Source: Oscillospiraceae bacterium (GTDB lineage: Bacteria; Bacillota; Clostridia; Oscillospirales; CAG-272). Taken from it: a DNA stretch of 64,000 nucleotides. Shown piece by piece: positions 30,459 through 40,269 of the stretch. Both the position numbers and the translations under genes were made by a program. Within the stretch, counting starts at the first letter, position 1; every line of letters begins with the position of its first letter. The notes below the pieces were generated by a model. That model ran no database searches. It saw nothing but the letters and a program-made list of their open reading frames with translations, and was not told the DNA's origin. The stretch lies in contig SVRE01000003.1 in NCBI GenBank assembly GCA_015065005.1, forward strand, positions 4,164 through 68,163, written 5' to 3'.

Positions 30459-32150
30459 TTAAGCTTTAACAAGTCCTTTTGCAAAGGAAATTTCCTCTTT
30501 GCCTATAGCACCGCATATTCTTGATAATATCAGATAAATAACGGCACATACGCCTATTTCAACAAAGCATAGGATTTTGCCCTGAACAATTTTAATTAAA
30601 AATGAGTAGAAAATATCGGAATTAAAAATCAGCCGTGTAATGATTGTGGAAATAATAATACAGGTCAAGGGCTTAACCACCCACTTGATAATAGGAGTCT
30701 TAATTTTTGTAATTGACAATAGCTTAATAATGCTAAGTGTAGTGTTAAAAAGCTCCATCATAAAAATTACAACCACATATCCCTTTATTCCCATTGCAGG
30801 CAAAAGAGTAACAACCAAAATAACACTCATAAGCGCATCAATAATATTAACTCGCATTGTGTAAAGCTGCTCGCCCAAGCCCTTTAGCATCGCATCTACC
30901 GCATTGTCAAGATACATTAAGGGAATTAAAGGGGATAAAAGGCGTATAAACTCTCCGGCCTCCTTGTTTCCATAAATAAATGTACCGATTTCGTGGGAAA
31001 AGCAAACAAAAATGCCCGACACACCAACCGAAAACAAAAGTGCAAAATAAAACACCCTGGAAACAATATGCTTTATTCTTTTTTCATCCCCCTTTTCCTG
31101 TGCGCTTGAAAGCTCAGGAATTAAAAGTGATGAAAAGGAGCTAAGCACAGCGGAAGGGAAAAGCAAAATAGGGAAAACCATTCCGTGTAAAACTCCGTAG
31201 GAGCTTAGTGCCTGTGTTGCGCTTGCCCCGCTTTTTTTAAGTCCCCAAGGAATTGCTAAATGCTCAATTGTCAAAAGTGCGGAGCGCACATAGGTGCTGA
31301 TTGCCACTGGCAGGGCAATTGAAATTATAGAGCTTTTGTCCTTGCTCTTTTCTGCTTCCTTGGCAGTAATAAAGCTACCCTTATTTACACCCTTAACATT
31401 GAAAACAGAGGCCCCTGTGGCTGTTTTTGACAAAACATTCTCTTTTTTGACAATGTTAAATTTTTCGTTTTTATGTATTTTTCTGTCGAAAAAGTAAAGG
31501 GTAGCGGAAATTATAACGCAAACTGCCTCGCTGATTGCACCGCCCGCAACCACCGCAATGCAGGCATACCCTAAGCCCTTTGGCGCAATTAAAATCAGCA
31601 GGGCAGATACAACCGTAATTTTTGCACCCTGCTCGCATATTTGCACAATAACGCTTTTATAAACTCTGCGCACCGCGCTGAAATAACCGTTTAGCGCGCT
31701 TGAAATTGAAATTGGCACAAGTGTAAAGGCAAGCAGCTTAAGGGAGGGTATTGTTCTTGTGTCCCCCAAAGCATATGCACCCAAGGGCTTTGCAAAGGTA
31801 AATAAAAGAATACTTGATAAGATAGAGAAGAACAAGCAATAAAAAAGTGCATTTCTCATTATTTTGCGCACATTCGTGTCAGCCTTTTTATCAAAGTAAC
31901 CTTCGTTTCCGTAAGGCAAAGCATTGGAGACCAAGCGCACTACCGCCAAATTAATTCCCGAGGTTGCAAGGGTAATGGCAAAGCCGTAAACCGTTGATGT
32001 AAGGTTTAAAAGCCCCATTCCCTCCGCCCCCACCTTGGAGGACACGTAAACATTAAAGCTAACCGAAACCGTTCGCATCAGTATAGCAACCACGGATAAC
32101 AGCATGCCGTTGAAAAAGTATTTTTGTAGCCTGTTAATTTTTACCACCAC
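30459..32150 (-). CDS. spoVB: Stage V sporulation protein B / MOP-family flippase
   Basis: About 14-TM polysaccharide-biosynthesis (MurJ/Wzx-like) profile. The size and context fit SpoVB. Confidence 0.65.
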   Translation of the reverse strand: MVVKINRLQKYFFNGMLLSVVAILMRTVSVSFNVYVSSKVGAEGMGLLNLTSTVYGFAITLATSGINLAVVRLVSNALPYGNEGYFDKKADTNVRKIMRNALFYCLFFSILSSILLFTFAKPLGAYALGDTRTIPSLKLLAFTLVPISISSALNGYFSAVRRVYKSVIVQICEQGAKITVVSALLILIAPKGLGYACIAVVAGGAISEAVCVIISATLYFFDRKIHKNEKFNIVKKENVLSKTATGASVFNVKGVNKGSFITAKEAEKSKDKSSIISIALPVAISTYVRSALLTIEHLAIPWGLKKSGASATQALSSYGVLHGMVFPILLFPSAVLSSFSSLLIPELSSAQEKGDEKRIKHIVSRVFYFALLFSVGVSGIFVCFSHEIGTFIYGNKEAGEFIRLLSPLIPLMYLDNAVDAMLKGLGEQLYTMRVNIIDALMSVILVVTLLPAMGIKGYVVVIFMMELFNTTLSIIKLLSITKIKTPIIKWVVKPLTCIIISTIITRLIFNSDIFYSFLIKIVQGKILCFVEIGVCAVIYLILSRICGAIGKEEISFAKGLVKA

Positions 32151-32188
32151 ACATTTTTAATTAAATTAATAAATTATATGCACTCAGC

Positions 32189-32226
32189 CAAAAAAATAAC
32201 CTTCCACCATAAAAGTGAAAGGTTAA
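32189..32226 (-). terminator. Intrinsic terminator
   Basis: TAACCTTCCAC / GTGAAAGGTTA stem with U7 on the minus strand. Confidence 0.65.
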
Positions 32227-32229
32227 ATT

Positions 32230-32820
32230 TTATTCAGGATAGTAGAAGCATTGCACAAGCTGGTCTGTTTCTCTATGGTATAGCCGTCCGTCCTTTGAAT
32301 AGAAGGTTTTGTTTTTCTCATTGCATATTATGTAATAGGTGGGAATGTAAACAACCTCACATTCTTCTCCGTTTTTCATTTCAGTGAAAATATATACAAG
32401 CTTTGTATCTGTGTTGTTAAGTTCCTGAATATTGCTTCCAATATGTAGCGTTATATCGAATTGTACAGTGTTTGCTTCCTTAAGCTCATCATCTGTCATA
32501 AAAGTTAAGTACTTGATCGTTCCGTTTGGATTTAATTTTACAGTGTCAAAATCAATTTCAAAGGGAAGTGGTACGCCGCGTCCGGTGTATCCACCTAATG
32601 AAGTAAGGGGGTAGTCTTTATAATAGTTTGGAAGCTCTATAACAATATTATCGTAATCTCCATTGTAGGTATAAAAACCAATAAAAGCATCTTTGAATAC
32701 GTCACTGTATCCATATGTTATATTGCCCTCATGTTCTGCATCGTACCATAGACAGCAACCGCAGAGCAAAATAGATAAAGCTATGCAAACAATAGTAATC
32801 AAAGTCAATTTTATTTTCAT
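32230..32820 (-). CDS. Hypothetical lipoprotein
   Basis: Signal peptide with a lipobox (LLCGC). The start is moved to ATG 32820, because the GTG of the ORF-track start is part of the GAGGTG RBS. Confidence 0.6.
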   Translation of the reverse strand: MKIKLTLITIVCIALSILLCGCCLWYDAEHEGNITYGYSDVFKDAFIGFYTYNGDYDNIVIELPNYYKDYPLTSLGGYTGRGVPLPFEIDFDTVKLNPNGTIKYLTFMTDDELKEANTVQFDITLHIGSNIQELNNTDTKLVYIFTEMKNGEECEVVYIPTYYIICNEKNKTFYSKDGRLYHRETDQLVQCFYYPE

Positions 32821-32902
32821 ATAAATCACCTCTTATATTAATTCTAACACGTAGAACATTTTAAATCAATACACTTTAATTTACAACCGTTAACCGCAGG
32901 TA

Positions 32903-32936
32903 GAAAAAATATCCGCACAAGCAATGTGCGGATATT
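32903..32936 (-). terminator. Intrinsic terminator after the GH38 gene
   Basis: ATATCCGCACA / TGTGCGGATAT stem with U6 on the minus strand. Confidence 0.8.
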
Positions 32937-32940
32937 TCAA

Positions 32941-35900
32941 TCATTTTACAATCAAGGTTACAATCTCAAATGGCTTAACCTCAATGTTTACAGTGTTGTT
33001 CTTAACACTCAGCTTCTTTAGCTTCTTTTCGCTTAAGTTACCAAGGTAAGCCTCAGTAATATCAAAGCCAAAGGTAACATTTGTCTTGGCACGTACGTTT
33101 TTGCAGTCATAAAGACGAACAACTGTTTCGTCCCCATATTCCGCTTCCTTAATTGCCTCTACAAGCACATTGTCCTTGTCAACCTTAACAAGTGAGTATT
33201 CAGGAGCCAATTGTCCCTTGCCCTCTGTCTTAACAGCAGTCATTTGCAGGTTTAAGTCATATGCTTGCTTAACTGTATCGCAGCTTGCCAAATTGCCCTT
33301 ATGCGGATAGAGAGAATAGGTAAGGATATGCTCACCCTGGTCGTTGTAGTTACCCATGTTGTCTGGGTTCCATGCGGAGGTAAGTATAGTTAAGCGCATA
33401 TCTCCGTTGTGTATATCGTGTCCGTACTTACAGTCGTTTAGCAAGCTTACACCGTAATCCCCCTCGGAAAGGTCGGCGTACTTGTGTCCGCAAACCTCGA
33501 ATTTCGCCTGATCCCAGGAGGTGTTGTAGTGGGTTGGTCGCTCAATAGAGCCGAACTGTATTTCATATGTTGCTTTGTCAGCATTGATATCAACAGGGAA
33601 GGATACCTTTAAAATCTGCCTTCTCTGTGCCCAGTTAACCTTTGTTTCAAAGTCAATTCTTGGCATATCCTCGTAGAACCATACAGTTTGCTCAATTTCG
33701 CTTTCCATATGTTTCTTTTTGTAGTGGATACCTGTTCTTGCTCCGTCAACAACTGTGTAAACATCGTAAGCCGCACCAACGTCATATTCCTTGTCGTTTG
33801 CACTTCTTTGATATTCCCAGGCATCATACTGTGTTGGGTAATTCTCAAGCACAAAGAGCCTGTTAGCGCGCTCACCCTTCTTTATTACCTCTCTGTGATT
33901 CTTTTTGTCAAAGAGAGAAACAAGGTTATAATCCTTGTCGAATTTTGCGGTGTAGAATTTTGAGTAAACGGTATTTCCCTTAACCTCAATTGTATTTTTC
34001 GCATCAACACTCTCAATTACGCGGTAGCCCTTAGGCGGAATGTTCTTTACATAAACACTCTTGCCATCAATGCTTACAACAGATGAATTATCAAATGAAT
34101 GCGGGTTAAACACAACATAGCCTGCTTGACTTACATTCTCAGCTACATAATCAAAGGCTTGATTTCTGTATCTTGCAAACATCTCCTTTAACTCCTTATA
34201 TTCCTTGTCAGTGTTTTCATAAACCTCAGGAATGGAGGAGCCGGGGATAATATCGTGGAATTGGTTGGTCAAAAGCACCTCCCACGCCTTGTGTAGCTCC
34301 TCTTTAGGGAATTTGGCAACACGTAGCTTATCCATCATTACGCAAAGCGCCTCTGTGTCAAGAATCAAAAATTCGCACTGGCGGTTGTTTCTCTTGTTCT
34401 TAGCAATAGATGTATATGTACCTCTGTGGAATTCAAGGTAAAGCTCACCTCTCCAGGAGGGTAAAAGCTCTGGCTTTTTACTTATTTCCTTTTCCAACTT
34501 ATCAAAGAAGGATGTGGCAGTGTCAATCTTAGCCTGTGCAAGTCCGGGCACACCCTTGCTATCGCGGCGTAGCATTTCAAGCATATCATCAGTAGGGCCT
34601 CCGCCGCCGTCACCGTAACCAAATGTAACAATTGCCTCGTTTGAAAGTGACTTTTGCTGGTATCTGTTCCAGGCACCGTCAATTACGGAAAAGTCAGAGG
34701 AAGGGCAGTAGGAGCTGAACCTTTCGGGCACGCGTCCCTTCTTTTCCTCCTGAGCGGTTAAAAAGTGTGTGTGAATGCCCGTTCCGTCAAGACCGCGCCA
34801 CATGAATGTGTCATAAGGCATTGTATTTGTGTCATTCCAACCGATTTTAGAGGTAACAAACCATTCAACCTCGCTCTTGCGTAAAATCTGTGGCAGGGCA
34901 GCCGCATAGCCGAATACGTCTGGCAACCACAGAATTTTTGACTCAATACCGAACTCATCACGGAAGAAGTTCTTTCCGTATTGCACCTGTCTTACAAGGC
35001 TCTCACCGGAGGAAAGGTTGCAGTCAGCCTCAACCCACATAGCGCCCTCAACCTCCCATCTGCCTGCCTTTATCATTTCCTTAATCTCAGCATAAAGCTC
35101 GGGAGCCTCCTCCTTTACCATCTTGTATAAAATGGCCTGTGAGGACATAAACTTGTATTCAGGGTATCTCTTCATTAATTCAATAACAGTAGCAAAGGAT
35201 CTTTGTGCCTTTTCCCGTGTCTGGTTAACGGTCCAAAGCCAAGCTATGTCAATGTGGGTGTGGCCAATACAAATTGACTTTATATCCTGTTCCTTGCAGA
35301 ATTGGCTGTAAAACTCCTTTTGTAAAAGCTTGTCCGCCACCAGAACTGAATCGTAAAATTCCGCTGATGGCATTTTTAACATATTTAATTTATTGATAGC
35401 TTTTTCAAGAATTGCTACAATGTTTTGGTATTCATAAGTATTCTCCTCAAGGAAGGACAAAGCGCCAAAGGGAACATTTACATCATAGTAGAATTTTTTA
35501 ACATCAAGATTTTCAATAACTATATTTGCATTCAGGCAAAGATGCTCGCGTGCTGCCTCCATACCGGAGTAGCCGTATAGCATAACGTCATAACTGTCCT
35601 GACCCTCCAAGGTCAGATATGTATGGTTGGTGTCAAGTCCTTGTTTAATCTTGCCGTCAACATAAGCAATAAACTGTGGATTGGTCGCATCCCAACCGCC
35701 AATTTGTGTGCAAACCTCAAGCTTGAATTCACGGCCCTTCAATTCAGGCACGTTAACAGTAAAGTGGAACCAGGCATGCTCATCTCTTTCGTATCCCCAG
35801 GTTGAGCCATTGGTAAAAGGAACAAAATCCTGTATGTCGGGCAAAGCGGAGCCGCTCTTATAGCCGCAAGTCTTGTAGGTGATATTTTCAACAGGCTTTT

Positions 35901-35976
35901 TGGAAACAACAATCTGTTCCTTAATCCTCTTTAAAACAGTATCAAGATTTTTAATTGATTCGTGTAAAGGCTTCAT
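32941..35976 (-). CDS. Glycoside hydrolase family 38 alpha-mannosidase
   Basis: 1011 aa. CIGHTHIDIAWLW and NQFHDIIPGSSI motifs, typical of GH38. Confidence 0.85.
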   Translation of the reverse strand: MKPLHESIKNLDTVLKRIKEQIVVSKKPVENITYKTCGYKSGSALPDIQDFVPFTNGSTWGYERDEHAWFHFTVNVPELKGREFKLEVCTQIGGWDATNPQFIAYVDGKIKQGLDTNHTYLTLEGQDSYDVMLYGYSGMEAAREHLCLNANIVIENLDVKKFYYDVNVPFGALSFLEENTYEYQNIVAILEKAINKLNMLKMPSAEFYDSVLVADKLLQKEFYSQFCKEQDIKSICIGHTHIDIAWLWTVNQTREKAQRSFATVIELMKRYPEYKFMSSQAILYKMVKEEAPELYAEIKEMIKAGRWEVEGAMWVEADCNLSSGESLVRQVQYGKNFFRDEFGIESKILWLPDVFGYAAALPQILRKSEVEWFVTSKIGWNDTNTMPYDTFMWRGLDGTGIHTHFLTAQEEKKGRVPERFSSYCPSSDFSVIDGAWNRYQQKSLSNEAIVTFGYGDGGGGPTDDMLEMLRRDSKGVPGLAQAKIDTATSFFDKLEKEISKKPELLPSWRGELYLEFHRGTYTSIAKNKRNNRQCEFLILDTEALCVMMDKLRVAKFPKEELHKAWEVLLTNQFHDIIPGSSIPEVYENTDKEYKELKEMFARYRNQAFDYVAENVSQAGYVVFNPHSFDNSSVVSIDGKSVYVKNIPPKGYRVIESVDAKNTIEVKGNTVYSKFYTAKFDKDYNLVSLFDKKNHREVIKKGERANRLFVLENYPTQYDAWEYQRSANDKEYDVGAAYDVYTVVDGARTGIHYKKKHMESEIEQTVWFYEDMPRIDFETKVNWAQRRQILKVSFPVDINADKATYEIQFGSIERPTHYNTSWDQAKFEVCGHKYADLSEGDYGVSLLNDCKYGHDIHNGDMRLTILTSAWNPDNMGNYNDQGEHILTYSLYPHKGNLASCDTVKQAYDLNLQMTAVKTEGKGQLAPEYSLVKVDKDNVLVEAIKEAEYGDETVVRLYDCKNVRAKTNVTFGFDITEAYLGNLSEKKLKKLSVKNNTVNIEVKPFEIVTLIVK

Positions 35977-36102
35977 AAAAAACTCCTTAAAAATAATACT
36001 ACAAAAATTTTACCATAAACTAAGCAAAAAAGCAACAAAGTATTTGCAATTTTTACCTAATTATGATAGACTATTTAAAGAAAAACCGCAAAGGAGGTAA
36101 GT

Positions 36103-36804
36103 ATGCAGGAGCTTTTGCGTACAGAAATGCTGTTAGGACGTGAAAATGTGGAAAAGCTGAAATCCAAGCGTGTTATTGTTTTTGGTGTTGGCGGTGTCGG
36201 CGGTTATACCTGTGAGGCGCTGGCGCGTACAGGCGTTGGACAAATCGACTTGGTCGATAATGATACGGTTTCACTTTCCAATATCAACAGGCAAATAATT
36301 GCCCTTCACTCAACTGTTGGAAGATATAAGGTTGATGTAATGAAGGAGCGAATATATGATATAAATCCGTCTATCACCGTTAATGCTTACAATACCTTTT
36401 TCACTCCCGAAACATCAAGCCAATTTGACCTTTCAAAATATGATTACGTGGTGGATGCTATAGATACGGTAAGCGGTAAAATTGAGCTTGTATTGTTGTG
36501 CGATAAAGCAGGCACACCCATAATTTCCTCAATGGGGGCAGGAAATAAGCTTGACCCCTGTGCCTTTACGGTTAGCGATATTTACAAAACCTCTGTTTGC
36601 CCTCTTGCACGTGTTATGCGTACAGAGCTGAAAAAGCGCGGTATTAAAAAATTAAAGGTAGTTTATTCACAGGAAGCGCCTATTTCCCGGGAAATAGGAG
36701 AAATACAGGGTAACGGCAAGCGCCCACCTGCCTCCTGTGCCTTTATCCCTTCGGTGGTTGGCTTAATCGTAGCCTCTGAGGTTATAAAAGACCTTATTAA
36801 ATGA
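36103..36804 (+). CDS. tcdA: tRNA threonylcarbamoyladenosine dehydratase (ThiF/E1-like)
   Basis: GVGGVGG Rossmann motif, about 233 aa, TcdA/CsdL-like. Confidence 0.75.
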   Translation: MQELLRTEMLLGRENVEKLKSKRVIVFGVGGVGGYTCEALARTGVGQIDLVDNDTVSLSNINRQIIALHSTVGRYKVDVMKERIYDINPSITVNAYNTFFTPETSSQFDLSKYDYVVDAIDTVSGKIELVLLCDKAGTPIISSMGAGNKLDPCAFTVSDIYKTSVCPLARVMRTELKKRGIKKLKVVYSQEAPISREIGEIQGNGKRPPASCAFIPSVVGLIVASEVIKDLIK

Positions 36805-36824
36805 GAAAAATGCAGCCAATTAAC

Positions 36825-36855
36825 TTGTCATCCTCGAGCGAAGCGAAGGATCTTT
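36825..36855. repeat. Short intergenic repeat, copy 1
   Basis: TTGTCATCCTCGAGCGAAGCGAAGGATCTTT. About 26 of 31 positions match the copy at 39302. Confidence 0.6.
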
Positions 36856-36941
36856 AAACAAGAACATTAAATTTAAATTGAAACTACGTAGCAGGGTGGG
36901 GCTTGCTCCCGCCGATAATAAATGATATTTGGAGAAGGCTT

Positions 36942-38003
36942 ATGAAAAACAGAATTAATAATTTAAGAAGCAAATTCGATGCCTTAGGCATTGATGCAGT
37001 ATATGTAACATCACAAACAAACCACCGTTACTTTACAAAATTCGACAATGGGGACGGCTCCTTACTTATTACAAGGGAAAATGCATATGCATTTGAGGAT
37101 TTTCGCTATATTGAGATTGCAGAAAAGCTTCTCTCAAGCGTATATACTGTTGTAGAGCCAAAGGGCAAGCGTTCTGAATGGCTTGAGGCTATTTTAAAGA
37201 AGGAAGAAATCAAGGCACTTGGCATAGAGGACTATTCTATGAGTCTTAATGCATACGAAAGATTAAAAGCGGACGTTAGTGCATTGCTAAAGCCTATTGG
37301 CACCACAATCACCACAATGCGTGAAATTAAGGATGAGTGGGAAATAGCAGAGATTCAAAAGGCGCAGGAAATAACCGATAAAGCATTTACCCATATTTTA
37401 GGCATTTTATCAACGGATATTACCGAAAATGACGTAGCGGCTGAGCTTGAATATTTTATGCGTAAAAACGGTGCAGAGGACAAAAGCTTTGAAACTATTT
37501 CCATAAGCGCCGAAAAAACCTCATTACCTCACGGTGTGCCCGAAAACATAAAGCTGAAAAAGGGCTTTTTCACAATGGACTTTGGCGCAACCGTAAACGG
37601 TTATCATTCCGATATGACAAGAACTGTTTGTATCGGCAAGGCAGACGAGGAAATGAAAAAGCTGTACAACACGGTTTTAAGGGCGCAAAAGGCGGGCCTT
37701 GAATACTTAAAGGCAGGGGTCAATACCAAGGATGCGGATAATGTGGCAAGAGAAATTATTTACGAAAACTATAAAGGCTATTTCGGTCACTCTCTCGGTC
37801 ATAGCGTAGGCTTGGAAATTCATGAGCATCCCGCACTTTCCCCAAATTGTGACAGAATATTGGTTCCCGGTAACGTAGTAACAGTGGAACCCGGTATTTA
37901 TATCCCGGGTAAATACGGCACAAGAATAGAGGATTTGGTGGTAATTCGTGATGGCGGAATCACAAATTTAACAAAATCTCCTAAGGAATTGATAGAAATT
38001 TAA
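36942..38003 (+). CDS. M24-family Xaa-Pro aminopeptidase
   Basis: HSLGHSVGLEIHE and the M24 metal ligands. It sits upstream of efp, as in many Firmicutes. The start is set at ATG 36942. Confidence 0.85.
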   Translation: MKNRINNLRSKFDALGIDAVYVTSQTNHRYFTKFDNGDGSLLITRENAYAFEDFRYIEIAEKLLSSVYTVVEPKGKRSEWLEAILKKEEIKALGIEDYSMSLNAYERLKADVSALLKPIGTTITTMREIKDEWEIAEIQKAQEITDKAFTHILGILSTDITENDVAAELEYFMRKNGAEDKSFETISISAEKTSLPHGVPENIKLKKGFFTMDFGATVNGYHSDMTRTVCIGKADEEMKKLYNTVLRAQKAGLEYLKAGVNTKDADNVAREIIYENYKGYFGHSLGHSVGLEIHEHPALSPNCDRILVPGNVVTVEPGIYIPGKYGTRIEDLVVIRDGGITNLTKSPKELIEI

Positions 38004-38033
38004 TAAAAATGGGAAAAATATTGTAAATACCTA

Positions 38034-38062
38034 TTGCAATATTCAACTTTTTATAGTAAAAT
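38034..38062 (+). promoter_or_regulatory. Sigma-A-type promoter upstream of efp
   Basis: TTGCAA, 17 nt spacer, then TAAAAT. Confidence 0.5.
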
Positions 38063-38153
38063 ATTTGTGTGAATTATGCCCACGCGGCATCAAGGGCAAT
38101 TTGTGGCGGACTTGCTCTTCAAATAATTAAACGCCAAGAAAAGGGAATTTTAA

Positions 38154-38717
38154 ATGATTACAGCAGGCGATTTTAGAAACGGTGTTACCTTTGAAATGGA
38201 AGGTAAGGTATATCAGGTTATTGAGTTCCAGCACGTTAAGCCGGGTAAGGGCGCAGCGTTTGTAAGAACAAAGTATAGAGACGTTGTTTCCGGTGCAACA
38301 CGTGAGGCTTCATTTAACCCAACCGCAAAGTTTGAAACCGTACAGGTTGAGCGTAGAGAGCTTCAGTACCTCTACAATGATGGCGAGCTTTACTATTTTA
38401 TGGATATGGAATCCTATGAGCAGATTCCTGTTGACGCATCAAAGCTTGGCGACAACTTTAAGTTTGTTAAGGAAAATGAAATGTGTAAGCTTTCCTCTAT
38501 TAAGGGTGAGGTTTTCTCAGTAGAGCCACCAACATTTGTTGATCTTGTTATCACAGAAACAGAGCCTGGCGTACGTGGTGATACAGCTACTAACGTAACA
38601 AAGGCAGCTACTCTTGAAACAGGTGCAGTTGTAAGAGTTCCGATCTTTATCAATGAGGGTGACCTTATCAGAATTGATACAAGAGTTGGCGAATACCTTG
38701 AAAGAGTAAACAAATAA
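38154..38717 (+). CDS. efp: Elongation factor P
   Basis: Full-length EF-P translation ([13 protein letters not shown] loop). 187 aa. Confidence 0.97.
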   Translation: MITAGDFRNGVTFEMEGKVYQVIEFQHVKPGKGAAFVRTKYRDVVSGATREASFNPTAKFETVQVERRELQYLYNDGELYYFMDMESYEQIPVDASKLGDNFKFVKENEMCKLSSIKGEVFSVEPPTFVDLVITETEPGVRGDTATNVTKAATLETGAVVRVPIFINEGDLIRIDTRVGEYLERVNK

Positions 38718-38791
38718 TTAATTTGTAATTTAAGGGACCGCTTAAAATCGGTCCCATAAATTTAATAAAAACAGAAAAGGAGTATTTTAAA

Positions 38792-39238
38792 ATGGAAATG
38801 GATATTCTTGAAAAATGTGCTTATATTAAGGGCTTGGCTGAGGGTCTTGGTATAGACAGCTCAAAGCCTGAGGGAAAGGTTTTGAACGCAATTATTGACT
38901 TGCTTTCCGATATTACAGAAACAATTGCAGATATGGATGATGAGGTTGCAACTCTTGGCGATTATGTTGAAGAGCTTGACCATGACCTTGGCGAGGTAGA
39001 GGAATACCTTTACGATGAGGATTGTGACTGTGATTGTGATGACGATTGCTGCTGTGACGATGATGATTGTGATTGCTGCTGCGATGATGACGATTGTGAT
39101 TGCTGTTGCGATGATGAATGTGAGTATATGGAAGCAATGTGTCCACACTGCGGTGAGGAAATTTGCTTTGATAGCGAAATCGAGCAAGAGGACTTGATTT
39201 GCCCTGCTTGCGGCAAAAATTTCTCCGATAAGGAATAG
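38792..39238 (+). CDS. CD1247-N-domain-like protein with a Cys/Asp-only linker and a C-terminal zinc ribbon
   Basis: N-terminal EKCAYIKGLAEGL domain, a 37-aa tract made only of D, E and C, and a C-terminal CPHCG...CPACG motif. Confidence 0.7.
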   Translation: MEMDILEKCAYIKGLAEGLGIDSSKPEGKVLNAIIDLLSDITETIADMDDEVATLGDYVEELDHDLGEVEEYLYDEDCDCDCDDDCCCDDDDCDCCCDDDDCDCCCDDECEYMEAMCPHCGEEICFDSEIEQEDLICPACGKNFSDKE

Positions 39239-39246
39239 TTTAATCA

Positions 39247-39280
39247 AAGAGCCTGCTTTGAGCGGGCTCTTTTCATTTTT
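39247..39280 (+). terminator. Intrinsic terminator
   Basis: AGAGCC...GGCTCT stem followed by TTTCATTTTT. Confidence 0.65.
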
Positions 39281-39301
39281 GACAACTCGAATAGTATTAA
39301 T

Positions 39302-39331
39302 TTGTCATTCTGAGCAAAGCGAAGAATCTTT
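39302..39331. repeat. Short intergenic repeat, copy 2
   Basis: TTGTCATTCTGAGCAAAGCGAAGAATCTTT, similar to the copy at 36825. Confidence 0.6.
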
Positions 39332-39386
39332 TTTAAAACGCTTGAATTAAAGGTGTCAAATTTCTATATAAAATTTAATAATTCTC

Positions 39387-39415
39387 TTGTATTATATAAA
39401 ATTATATGTTAAAAT
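39387..39415 (+). promoter_or_regulatory. Sigma-A-type promoter
   Basis: TTGTAT, 17 nt spacer, then TAAAAT. Confidence 0.4.
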
Positions 39416-39450
39416 TAGAATGACAATTTATGTAAATAATGAGGTGCATT

Positions 39451-40269
39451 ATGAAATTAGGAACAATGGTACATCTTGGCGACAATGTAGTCGAGAAAAT
39501 CAAGGACGTAAAGAAATACGGTCTTGAATCCTTCCAGCTTTGCGCGTGGAATCACAGTATGATGACAAAGGAGTGGGCTGATAAGATTAAGGCAACAGCG
39601 GATAGCGAGGGTCTTGAAATCAGCGCTGTATGGTGCGGCTGGAGCGGAGAAGCGCATTGGAACTTTATCGGTGGATATCACACTCTTGGTATCGTGCCTG
39701 TTTTCCTTCGCGATAAGAGAATGGAAGAGCTGAAGCTGGGCTTCGATTTTGCTAAAATGATGGGTGTAACTGATGTTATCACACATATGGGCTTCTTGCC
39801 TGAAAACCCAACAACAGATGATTTTAAATCAGTTGTTGCCGCTATTCGTGAGCTTGCTGAGTATTGTAAGGCAAACGGACAGTATTTGCTGTTTGAAACA
39901 GGACAAGAAACCCCAATTACATTAAAGAGGACAATTTTGGCAGTAGGTACAGGCAATTTGGGAATTAACTTGGACCCTGCAAACCTTCTTTTGTACGGTA
40001 AGGCTAATCCTTGTGATGCGGTTGATATTTTTGGTGAGTATGTTCGCGGCGTTCACGGTAAGGATGGCGAATATCCAACCGACCCACGTTATATCGGTGA
40101 GGAAAAGAGGATCGGTGACGGTCGTGTTAATTTCCCTGTACTTATTGAAAAGCTTAAAAATTGTGGCTACAATGGCTCTATTACCATCGAGCGTGAAATT
40201 GATGGTGACAAGCAAATCGAGGATGTACTTTATGCTAAAAAATTCTTGGAGGATATAATCAATGGCTAA
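39451..40269 (+). CDS. Sugar phosphate isomerase/epimerase (xylose-isomerase-like TIM barrel)
   Basis: AP_endonuc_2-like translation. The start is set at ATG 39451 after the GAGGTG RBS. Confidence 0.7.
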   Translation: MKLGTMVHLGDNVVEKIKDVKKYGLESFQLCAWNHSMMTKEWADKIKATADSEGLEISAVWCGWSGEAHWNFIGGYHTLGIVPVFLRDKRMEELKLGFDFAKMMGVTDVITHMGFLPENPTTDDFKSVVAAIRELAEYCKANGQYLLFETGQETPITLKRTILAVGTGNLGINLDPANLLLYGKANPCDAVDIFGEYVRGVHGKDGEYPTDPRYIGEEKRIGDGRVNFPVLIEKLKNCGYNGSITIEREIDGDKQIEDVLYAKKFLEDIING

